A stretch of DNA of 64,000 nt, taken from the NCBI GenBank assembly GCA_001643675.2, contig LSRY02000008.1, positions 1,302,001 through 1,366,000 on the forward strand. The letters are read 5' to 3'. The DNA comes from Monocercomonoides exilis PA203. Its lineage: Eukaryota > Protista > Preaxostyla. The translations under genes and the position numbers were made by a program. The notes below the pieces were generated by a model. That model saw nothing but the letters and a program-made list of their open reading frames with translations. It made no database searches and was not told the DNA's origin. Positions 45,129 to 56,122 of this stretch are shown here, one piece after another; position 1 is the first letter of the stretch; each line of letters begins with the position of its first letter.

Positions 45129-47175
45129 CCTCCACCAAGCCAAATCCAAACTTTCTCTTGATGTGCTGCATCCACTGCGCGCACACACCAACAGATGCAT
45201 CGAGCAAAATGCTCCATTCTCCAATAAAAAAAAAATAGCATTCAAGCAGAAAAGGAGACTGCAGCGACAGAGGCTGAAAACATAATGATTTCTCATCCCG
45301 CCCATTTTCTGAACTCAGAAATGCTCTCCACAGTTCCTGCGACACTGAAACAATCAAAAAGAGCCCAGAAATGAAGACGAGGGGAAAAAAGCATTCAAAA
45401 TTGTGCAGAAGTCGAGAACGAAGACGAGGACGAGGACGAAGATGAAGACGAAGACGAAGAAGACGAAGTTGAAGATAACGAAGAAAATAAGAAAGACTCT
45501 TTTGAAGTTGATTTCAAAATCAATAAATAAATATTCGGTTCATATTCTGCACAGCCAAATTAAAATACCCGCTCTTCTGAGTCTCTCCATTTCACCCTTC
45601 TCTTCTGCTTTGCCCGCTTTTCAACAAGCAATCAAAATGAAAACCTTTCCCATTCATCGCCCATCAGAAATTCTTCCTTTCTGCACACTTCTCTTGCATC
45701 TCTCATTCACATCCATCTTTCCTCTTTCTCCTTTCTCCTTTCTTCACGCAAATGCTCCTCCTCTTCGTTTCCTAAACTTTCCTCTTCTCTTCCAATCTCT
45801 TCTATCCCATCCAGCAGCATTCACCCAACCCCACTTATTGTCTTTATGTGAAAAATATTAATCATATTCATAGCATAAAACACATAATGGATAATAAAAA
45901 AACAGAAAATAGAAAATATAAAATACAAAATAGAAAATGAAAAATGAAAAATGAAAAACAAAAAACGAGCAAACATACACTCTCAGGTTTTGCTTCTTCC
46001 TCCCCATTTCCTCAAAACTCCCCCCGCTCCCTTTCCAATTCCTCGTCCTCGTGCTGCTGTCCCTCCACTCCCTGAATAAACCCCTGCTCTCTCAACAGAA
46101 GAAGAGACACTCTGCAATCCTGTTCGGCAAACTCCCCAAAACACCTCCTCCCTCACACCCATTTCTGACATTTCTCGCCCACAATCAACATTAACAATAA
46201 CTCCAATCAATTCAACTGATGCACCTTCTTCAATCTCCTTCCTCTTTTTCTTCCTCTTTTTCTCCTCTCCGCTTTATCCCTTCTTTCTGCCCCTCCTTTT
46301 CCAAACTCCCCTGCCCAACAATGTGACTGCCCACCAACACCAAAGAAATCTCTCATGAAATCCATCCATCAGTTCATCCCATCTCCCTCTTCTCCTCGCC
46401 TCCACAAACTGCTCCTGCTCCCAAAATCCCCAGCAAAATCGCCCCCTCTGCTGCCTCACTCATTTCGAAAGAATCATCCAAATTTCAAATTTCTCATCTC
46501 AATATGTTCATTTGATAATTTTCATCTCCTCAGAAATATCTGCTCTTCAACTCATCAAAAGCTCAAACACACACACCCCGCCTTCTTTTCTGCCATCCTG
46601 CTGCCTCCCGCTGCAACTAAATAGCCCGCTCCTTTGCCTGCCTTGCCCTTCTGCAAATGGCACACCAAAGACCTCGATGGCCATCTTTCCATGGCAGCTG
46701 CTCAAGCAGCGACACCTGAAGAAGAATGGGTCAGAACAAAAACAGGAACTGGAACTGGAACAAGACAGAACGGCCATCTCCCGCCCCCAACCCCTCCAAA
46801 CACCTCCTCCAACACACACACACACATGCACATGCACATGCGCTGCTGCAATCCCTCAGCGTCTCTTTCAAGCTGCAGTCCCTTTGCGAACTTCGCTTTC
46901 CTGCCCTGTCTCCAAACATCCTTTCGTTTCGTCTCGCTTCCCGCCCTCCAATCCCAAAGCCCGCTGCTTTCTTTTTTCGCACTAAAAAATCATTCTATCC
47001 CCTCTGAGACACTGATTGCTGGCTGTCCAATAGGGAACCCTTCTTGTCTCCAACAACGCTGCTTTGCCCTCTTTCTGTTTTCTTGAACATCCAGAAATTG
47101 GCTTTGCTCGTTCACCACAGCTTTCCTTGCCAAAAAATACCCCAAACTTCTCTATCTGCCTAACATTCCAAAATG

Positions 47176-49032
47176 CTATATAATATTGTGCAGATTTTGT
47201 CCTTCACAGAATTCCATCCTCTTCTGTCTTCATTCAATAAAATATCAGCTGAATTTGTTTTCACCTCTTGTTCCAAATAAAAATCATGTATCTTCCGTAA
47301 CTTCATTTACTTCCCAATGCCTATATAATAATCAGCTCTGTTCTCATCGTATTGCTCCACAAAGCGGAGATTGGCCATTTCAACAATAATTCGGATTCCT
47401 GCACTTTGGAGAGGATACGGATGGAAATATCTTCACAATCAATAGAACTATATAAATTACATACATTATGTCTTTTTGTGTTTTGATGAAATTGTTGTGT
47501 TCCCCTTGGCCACCCAATTACCAACAATCATCAGACAGAATTTCAGAATTATTGCATCTCCACAATTGTCTGTTGTCACACAGGAAATAATATTCCTAGT
47601 TCTACAGGCAATGTTCACTCACGAAATACTCATTCTGTGAATGGTATATTCCGTTTTTTCAAATCTGATGATCATGAAATCCATTACAAAAAAGACTCAA
47701 AACAACAAATCATTTTCATATTTTTTTTCTCGGCAATGGCTGAGTGAAAAGGGACGTGGTTGAGAGGGGTGTGTGGAAACAAAAAATAAACTTGTTTTGG
47801 GGATATTTGTTCATTTTCTGAATTTCGTGTATTTGGCAGTGTTTGATTTCTAAGCGAGTTTGTTTGTGGGGGGCAGGGTTCAGTTTGGGGCTGATCGGAG
47901 AAGCGGATGCGCACAATAGAAAATGGTGCTTGCAGCAGCTATGATTGATGGGATGATTTTTCAGCAGTTCGTTTTTTGGAAAAGAAAGGCGAGCGTGGGA
48001 AACAATGTTTGTGAGAAGGAGCAGGAAAGGGGAGGGGGATGGAGAGTGTGGAGCGGAGTGCCTGCTTGGTGGAGGAACACATTGCAGCTGGGATTTATGC
48101 ACACATATTTTTTATTTTAAAGGGGGTGACAAAAGCGAGTTGGATGTTGTATTTTTGGCAGCTGATGGGTGGGGATGTTTGGGGATGCAGTCATGCTCAT
48201 CTGGGCAGTCGAGGCAGCACAGGAAAGGGACTGTGCGATTGCTTTGTGAGCCTTTCATGGTGAAAGAGGAGACAGGTTTGGTGATTTGTTTCATGAGAAT
48301 TTATATATTTTATATTTTTTATTTTGTTTTTCTTTATTGAGGATATTGAGTGAATTGCCGAAAGATGCGCGGAAAGCCATCACATGTTGCCTGAGGGATG
48401 GCGACGGGGTGAAGACTGTTTTTTTTAAGCCTTGCTTGAAGAATGAGAAGAAGAAGAGATATTTTATATTATTTTTTTGGAATGGGGGCTGGATGGAGGA
48501 AGATGAGAAGAGAAGAATGGTGAGAGTGAGGTTTAATGGGCAATGGAAGAGCGGGTGAAAACAACATTTAATTTTACTTTATTTGGAATTGGATATGAAA
48601 GGCGAAGGCGTGGTGTGTGTGGTGCTTGGAGTGGATGATGTTGGGGTGAGAGTTAATTAGAGGGAGGCAAACAGGGGATGAGGGGAGTGAAGGGAAATGA
48701 AGATTTGTGGAGGTATTTTATTCTTGTTTGTTCATTTTCTTCATGTTCCATTTTTTATTTTTATTTGTGTTTGTATTTTTTAATTTTTGATTTGATTGAT
48801 GTGTGATGCGATCAGGTGTTGTCAAAAGCGCTGGGGGAGCATGAAATACGGGATGTGGAAGCACTGTTTTTTTCTGGGCATTCCTGGAAGAAATTGGGAG
48901 AAATCAGCAACCGAAGAGTGTTTGGCAGAATGAGCGAGACGGAAAAAACTGAAGAGAATGAGGAAAGAAATTTTTGTGGAATTTTTATTTACAAAAATCT
49001 TTTCGGAAGCAGCAGCAGAAGAGGCAGAAAAG
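47176..49032 (+). repeat. Diverged direct copy of the 14958-16832 module, upstream of beta-helix gene E
   Basis: Colinear similarity with patches of identity. Confidence 0.9.
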
Positions 49033-49118
49033 AGGAACTCAAGCTCAATGGGATATTTTTTGGCATGGCGCTAAGAGGCATGGGGAAGGGGGAGAAGGAA
49101 AAGGAAGAAATTCTGTGA

Positions 49119-51263
49119 ATGAATTTCATTTCTCTTCTTTTTGCCAATTTTTTATCGCCGCCCTCTACACCCCTTAAATCCCTCTCCAGACTCACTTTTT
49201 TCAACATCTCAACAGCAAATGATGCATGTTCACCTTCAACAACAACATCAACCCAAACCTCTTGTTTTATGAATGGTTGCTCATTCTCATCAGTTAGCGA
49301 CGCATATGATGGCGGAATTGTTCATTCCCTCAACAATCCTTTGGCTTCCTTATCTGTTTCAAACACCTCGTTTATTGGGTGTTGTCGAACAAGGAATGTT
49401 GAATGCATTGGAACTGAAACTAATAGGCTGGCTCCAGGGAGACAGAACATTACAGAGAATGGACCGAATACATTTATTTGGTGTGAATGGGATGGATCGA
49501 AGGCAACAGGAAAAGGTGAAACATATTCCGATGGCACTTCGAACGGTGGCGCAATATTCATGTATGGTCAATCGTCCGCAACTGTTTCAGTTTCGCATTG
49601 TGCATTCAATGAATGTGTTGCGTATTACGCAGGCGGAGGGATTTCATGCTATAGCATTAAATCAGTTGAGATTGTGAATAACACATTTGATTCATGCGTT
49701 GCGCAAAATCTATATGGAGGAGGAGCGTTCGTTTACACTATTTCAACATGTACTCGGATCAGCGGGTGTGAATTTCAGAATTGCAAAGCAAACAATGAAG
49801 GAGGAGGGCTTTATCTTAATAATTTTCAGGTTTCTGGAATAGGATGTGTTGGAAATGAAAGTGGAGAAGGGGAGAGCGCGTGTGTGTTTGACTGCTGCTT
49901 CACTTCATGCTCTGTTACAAGTACACTTGGTGGGGGTCTGCGTTGTTATAATATTCCTGTTCAAGTTAAGATTAGAAGCATTCAATTTATTTCATGCAAC
50001 GCATCGGCATATGGAGGAGGGTTGAGTGTGGACCCACGTATGACAACAGCTCCAAAAGATGGGCATTATTTTTATTTCTTATTCTTTCATGAATGCAAAT
50101 GCAGAACAACCTCCAATCCATATGGTCACGATGTGATGTATTATGATTATTACAATGCCATTTCGACTTCAGATAATCCATTTTATGAATGTTACACAAC
50201 AAACACAGATGACCAGAGAGTGTGTTATGGATATGATTATTCAAGTTCAGGGAGTTGGAAATTTCTGCACACCGAAAAGAAGGATTGGCTGAAAGATAAA
50301 ACGTTATATGTTTCGATGAATGGGAGTGACGGATATGAGTTGTGCGGGTCAAATGAATCAAATCCGTGTCTGACAGTGAAGAAGGCGTTTGAGATGTGTG
50401 AGGTGCAGATAAGCTTGACAATCACGCTGATGGAAGGGAATCATGTGAGTGAGGCAACAACAATTGATATTTGGACAAAGAAGATTTCAGTCATTGGGAA
50501 AGGAAAGGAAACATGTTCGATTGGAACAGGAGCCCTTTCATCAGCTGGAGCGCTGTTCAGTGTGACAACAGGCCAACTTGGTTTATTGCACATGAAGGTT
50601 GATTGCAACTCAAATGCAAATCCTTCTTCGCCGAGCGTGGTTGTGGTGTCTGATGGGGGTGGGTCACTCTCGTTGGAGGATGTTGTGATCACCACGAGTA
50701 AAACAGGAGACTATGTGATGTCGTCGTCAGTGTTTGTGGTGCCGCTGTCGCAGCTGTCGATGGTTGATGTGGAGATCAAAGATATGAATGTCTCAAAATC
50801 ATTGTTCTCTGAGCCGGATCTCTCTTCTTCTTCTTCTTCTTCTTCTTCATTGTCGTCATTGTCGTCATCTGCATTGTATCTGACAGCCACAGCATCAGGA
50901 GATAGCGTGCTGGCGAATGTGAAGGTGATGAATGTAAAGTTGACTGAAGGAGATGGGGTGGTTGTGGCAAAGAGTGTGAAGGCAGGAGAGACGTTCGGGA
51001 TGATGAGCACGAGAACAGAAGGGGGGCAGAGTGGTTGTATGTTTGGGAAGGGCGATTTTGAGATGAATTTTTGGTCACATGTGAAATTGGAGGGAAGAAT
51101 AAAAAATCATAGGTGCGTTGCGATTTTGTTTCTGTTTTGCTGCAACTCGTGCAACCCACATAAAATAAGCACCATCACTGCTGCAAAACTCGAAATCTCC
51201 TGTTTTATCAAAGAAAGGAAAATCAGTTTTATTTGTGAAAAGGAAAGGAAGAAAGGTGAGTAA
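49119..51263 (+). CDS. Beta-helix family member E (714 aa; family homology ends near 51000)
   Basis: Full motif set plus downstream VVVVSDGGGSLSLEDV...VFVVPLSQLSMVDV and a Ser-rich linker. Confidence 0.75.
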   Translation: MNFISLLFANFLSPPSTPLKSLSRLTFFNISTANDACSPSTTTSTQTSCFMNGCSFSSVSDAYDGGIVHSLNNPLASLSVSNTSFIGCCRTRNVECIGTETNRLAPGRQNITENGPNTFIWCEWDGSKATGKGETYSDGTSNGGAIFMYGQSSATVSVSHCAFNECVAYYAGGGISCYSIKSVEIVNNTFDSCVAQNLYGGGAFVYTISTCTRISGCEFQNCKANNEGGGLYLNNFQVSGIGCVGNESGEGESACVFDCCFTSCSVTSTLGGGLRCYNIPVQVKIRSIQFISCNASAYGGGLSVDPRMTTAPKDGHYFYFLFFHECKCRTTSNPYGHDVMYYDYYNAISTSDNPFYECYTTNTDDQRVCYGYDYSSSGSWKFLHTEKKDWLKDKTLYVSMNGSDGYELCGSNESNPCLTVKKAFEMCEVQISLTITLMEGNHVSEATTIDIWTKKISVIGKGKETCSIGTGALSSAGALFSVTTGQLGLLHMKVDCNSNANPSSPSVVVVSDGGGSLSLEDVVITTSKTGDYVMSSSVFVVPLSQLSMVDVEIKDMNVSKSLFSEPDLSSSSSSSSSLSSLSSSALYLTATASGDSVLANVKVMNVKLTEGDGVVVAKSVKAGETFGMMSTRTEGGQSGCMFGKGDFEMNFWSHVKLEGRIKNHRCVAILFLFCCNSCNPHKISTITAAKLEISCFIKERKISFICEKERKKGE

Positions 51264-54200
51264 TTTGATGGAACATGAACGATTTATTTTTTCTTTGAAA
51301 AAAAAAGAGTATTCGAATTATTTTGCCATTTTCGATGTTTTGCAGAAACAAAAAGTGGACAAGTTTCTTTGTTGAATCCTTCTATTATTTTTTTCTATGT
51401 AACAATTCATATGATTTTTATTTTTTCATTCATTGGCCAACTGCTTTTGAATGATTTTTTAGACTACAATAGTTTTTCTTTAAAAAAATTTCAGATTTTT
51501 CTTTTTTCTTTCTCTTTTTTTCACATGATATTTTCTCAACAACATTTTTTTATAACAAATAAAAATCAAACAGTTTCCTTGTTTGAAAGGAAATATGAAA
51601 TTTCGGAACAGACTGTTGAAGAACTTCAAAAATGATATGTTGATGAACAAACAAACAAATGGATAAATGAATGGATGAAAATTACCAGACAAGAGCATTT
51701 TCACAGCAACTGATGAATGAAAAAAAAAAAAAAAAAAAAGAATTTTTTTGTATTTTTGTCAAATAATATCAAACTCTTCTGATTTGTCACTCACTCATTT
51801 TCATTTTGACAGGGGGAAAAAATGAAAACAATTATTCATTGAGAAATCAGATGAATTAGAAAATGGGTTTTATCATGATTTTGATGAGAAACATTTATCA
51901 AAATGAAAAATATGAATCAAAAAATGATCAAATCTTTTTTATTAGAAATGATTATTTTTCATTGATATTTAACTATATATCCTTTTTTATATCCACCATA
52001 AGGCACTCAATGGCTTTCAAAATCATGATTTCAAAATTAATCGCCCATATTGATTTTTTCCGAATTGAATGTTTGTTTTTTGTTTATTTTGCTTTCTTCT
52101 TCTTTTTTATCAAAACAAATTATTCTTTCACAAAACGATGAAAATGAAGTTTTTGAAATGCATCAACACTGATTCATTTGTTTCTTTTTTGTTTTTGTTT
52201 TCCAGTCACAGTTTTGATAGTTTATTTTGATGAGGGTGATTGTTTATCTTATCCCACAAGTTTTCTGTCAAAAACGTCGATTTGAAATTGAGATTGGGAC
52301 ACTTTGAAATGGACACTTGAAAGTGATAACAACATTGTGACAGTTCATTATTTGACTTTTTCTTTCTCAAATAAAAAGTCTTGTTAATAATTGAAAAGCC
52401 TATTTCACTTCAACTGAATATTCACAAATCAATCTCGAAAAGCTGTGTTATTATCCATTCTCCAAATCATTTTCCGATCTCAAAAATCATTTTCCATATT
52501 CATCTCGATTATTTCTTTTCATTTGGTTCAATAATTATGGATTTGATTTATTATCTTATTCTATTTCAATTTCTTTCTGAAAAGTCACAAATGAAGTGAT
52601 CAAAAGGTTGCTTGAATGCTTTCAACTATTTTTGATCAAACTCATCAAACACATTCAATAAATTGCAATAGCACATTCAATGTATTTCACAAACTTTTTA
52701 TTTTCGATTTAATGAAATGCTAAAATATGAAAATCATCAAAATATAAGAAACAATCAAACTTATTTTTAATAATAACATTTGCGACTTTTCAAAAAGAAA
52801 TTGAAATAGAATAAGATAGTAAATCAAATCCACAATCATTGAACCAAATGAAATGAAATAATCGAGATGAATATGGGAAATGATTTTTGAGATCAGAAAA
52901 TGATTTGGAGAATGGATAATAACACAGCTTTTCGAGATTGATTTGTGAATATTCAGTTGAAGTGAAATAGGCTTTTCAATTATTAACAAGACTTTTTATT
53001 TGAGAAAGAAAAAGTCAAATAATGAACTGTCACAATGTTGTTATCACTTTCAAGTGTCCATTTCAAAGTGTCCCAATCTCAATTTCAAATCGACGTTTTT
53101 GACAGAAAAATTGCAGTTTCAGATAATCAATCACCCTCATCAAAATAAACTATCAAAACTGTGACTGGAAAACAAAAAATAAAAAGGAACAAATGAATCA
53201 TTGTCGACACATTTCAAAAACTTCATTTTCATCGTTTTGTGAAAGAATAATTTGTTTTGATAAAAAAGAAGAAGAAAGCAAAATAAACAAAAAACAAACA
53301 TTCAATTCGGAAAAAATCAATATGGGCGATTAATTTTGAAATCATGATTTTGAAAGCCATTGAGTGCCTTATGGTGGATATAAAAAAGGATATATAGTTA
53401 AATATCAATGAAAAATAATCATTTCTAATAAAAAAGATTTGATCATTTTTTGATTCATATTTTTCATTTTGATAAATGTTTCTCATCAAAATCATGATAA
53501 AACCCATTTTCTAATTCATCTGATTTCTCAATGAATAATTGTTTTCATTTTTTCCCCCTGTCAAAATGAAAATGAGTGAGTGACAAATCAGAAGAGTTTG
53601 ATATTATTTGACAAAAATACAAAAAATTCTTTTTTTTTTTTTTTTTTTTCATTCATCAGTTGCTGTGAAAATGCTCTTGTCTGGTAATTTTCATCCATTC
53701 ATTTATCCATTTGTTTGTTTGTTCATCAACATATCATTTTTGAAGTTCTTCAACAGTCTGTTCCGAAATTTCATATTTCCTTTCAAACAAGGAAACTGTT
53801 TGATTTTTATTTGTTATAAAAAAATGTTGTTGAGAAAATATCATGTGAAAAAAAGAGAAAGAAAAAAGAAAAATCTGAAATTTTTTTAAAGAAAAACTAT
53901 TGTAGTCTAAAAAATCATTCAAAAGCAGTTGGCCAATGAATGAAAAAATAAAAATCATATGAATTGTTACATAGAAAAAAATAATAGAAGGATTCAACAA
54001 AGAAACTTGTCCACTTTTTGTTTCTGCAAAACATCGAAAATGGCAAAATAATTCGAATACTCTTTTTTTTTCAAAGAAAAAATAAATCGTTCATGTTCCA
54101 TCAAATTACTCACCTTTCTTCCTTTCCTTTCACAAATAAAACTGATTTTCCTTTCTTTGATAAAACAGGAGATTTCGAGTTTTGCAGCAGTGATGGTGCT

Positions 54201-55686
54201 TATTTTATGTGGGTTGCACGAGTTGCAGCAAAACAGAAACAAAATCGCAACGCACCTATGATTTTTTATTCTTCCCTCCAATTTCACATGTGACCAAAAA
54301 TTCATCTCAAAATCGCCCTTCCCAAACATACAACCACTCTGCCCCCTTCTGTTCTCGTGCTCATCATCCCGAACGTCTCTCCTGCCTTCACACTCTTTGC
54401 CACAACCACCCCATCTCCTTCAGTCAACTTTACATTCATCACCTTCACATTCGCCAGCACGCTATCTCCTGATGCTGTGGCTGTCAGATACAATGCAGAT
54501 GACGACAATGACGACAATGAAGAAGAAGAAGAAGAAGAAGAAGAGAGATCCGGCTCAGAGAACAATGATTTTGAGACATTCATATCTTTGATCTCCACAT
54601 CAACCATCGACAGCTGCGACAGCGGCACCACAAACACTGACGACGACATCACATAGTCTCCTGTTTTACTCGTGGTGATCACAACATCCTCCAACGAGAG
54701 TGACCCACCCCCATCAGACACCACAACCACGCTCGGCGAAGAAGGATTTGCATTTGAGTTGCAATCAACCTTCATGTGCAATAAACCAAGTTGGCCTGTT
54801 GTCACACTGAACAGCGCTCCAGCTGATGAAAGGGCTCCTGTTCCAATCGAACATGTTTCCTTTCCTTTCCCAATGACTGAAATCTTCTTTGTCCAAATAT
54901 CAATTGTTGTTGCCTCACTCACATGATTCCCTTCCATCAGCGTGATTGTCAAGCTTATCTGCACCTCACACATCTCAAACGCCTTCTTCACTGTCAGACA
55001 CGGATTTGATTCATTTGACCCGCACAACTCATATCCGTCACTCCCATTCATCGAAACATATAACGTTTTATCTTTCAGCCAATCCTTCTTTTCGGTGTGC
55101 AGAAATTTCCAACTCCCTGAACTTGAATAATCATATCCATAACACACTCTCTGGTCATCTGTGTTTGTTGTGTAACATTCATAAAATGGATTATCTGAAG
55201 TCGAAATGGCATTGTAATAATCATAATACATCACATCGTGACCATATGGATTGGAGGTTGTTCTGCATTTGCATTCATGAAAGAATAAGAAATAAAAATA
55301 ATGCCCATCTTTTGGAGCTGTTGTCATACGTGGGTCCACACTCAACCCTCCTCCATATGCCGATGCGTTGCATGAAATAAATTGAATGCTTCTAATCTTA
55401 ACTTGAACAGGAATATTATAACAACGCAGACCCCCACCAAGTGTACTTGTAACAGAGCATGAAGTGAAGCAGCAGTCAAACACACACGCGCTCTCCCCTT
55501 CTCCACTTTCATTTCCAACACATCCTATTCCAGAAACCTGAAAATTATTAAGATAAAGCCCTCCTCCTTCATTGTTTGCTTTGCAATTCTGAAATTCACA
55601 CCCGCTGATCCGAGTACATGTTGAAATAGTGTAAACGAACGCTCCTCCTCCATATAGATTTTGCGCAACGCATGAATCAAATGTGT
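49681..55686. repeat. Palindrome 2: arms 49681-52593 and 52777-55686, 183-bp spacer
   Basis: Mirrored ORFs (51863/53507, 52381/52989). Genes E and F have identical 3' parts. Confidence 0.95.
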
Positions 55687-56122
55687 CATTCACGATCTCA
55701 ACTGATTTAATGTTGTAGCAATTTATACCGCCTCCTGCATAATGAGCATAGCAGTTGCTGAAAGTGCAATGAGAAACAGACACAGAGGCATTTGACTGAC
55801 TGGACATGCAGATAGCCCCTCCGCTTGACGCTCCATCCGTCCACGAGTCAGCTTCTCCCGTTGTCTTCGACCCATCCCATTCACACCAAATAAATGTATT
55901 CTGTCCATTATCCGTTGTGTTTTGTCTCCCTGGAGTCAACTTATCGTTTTTTTCTCCAATGCTTTCAATATTTCTTGTCCGACAGCATCCAATGAATGAA
56001 GTATTTGAGACGGTCAGAGAGGCATAGGGGTTGTTGAGGGAAGGGACAACCCCTCCATCATATGAGTCACAAACAGACGAAAAGGAGCAACTATTCATCA
56101 AACATGATGTTTGGGTTGACAT
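54302..56122 (-). CDS. Beta-helix family member F (606 aa; 3' part identical to E, 5' part different)
   Basis: Protein identical to E from TFDSCVAQNL onward, until a 1-nt G-run indel near 54345. Confidence 0.75.
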   Translation of the reverse strand: MSTQTSCLMNSCSFSSVCDSYDGGVVPSLNNPYASLTVSNTSFIGCCRTRNIESIGEKNDKLTPGRQNTTDNGQNTFIWCEWDGSKTTGEADSWTDGASSGGAICMSSQSNASVSVSHCTFSNCYAHYAGGGINCYNIKSVEIVNDTFDSCVAQNLYGGGAFVYTISTCTRISGCEFQNCKANNEGGGLYLNNFQVSGIGCVGNESGEGESACVFDCCFTSCSVTSTLGGGLRCYNIPVQVKIRSIQFISCNASAYGGGLSVDPRMTTAPKDGHYFYFLFFHECKCRTTSNPYGHDVMYYDYYNAISTSDNPFYECYTTNTDDQRVCYGYDYSSSGSWKFLHTEKKDWLKDKTLYVSMNGSDGYELCGSNESNPCLTVKKAFEMCEVQISLTITLMEGNHVSEATTIDIWTKKISVIGKGKETCSIGTGALSSAGALFSVTTGQLGLLHMKVDCNSNANPSSPSVVVVSDGGGSLSLEDVVITTSKTGDYVMSSSVFVVPLSQLSMVDVEIKDMNVSKSLFSEPDLSSSSSSSSSLSSLSSSALYLTATASGDSVLANVKVMNVKLTEGDGVVVAKSVKAGETFGMMSTRTEGGRVVVCLGRAILR

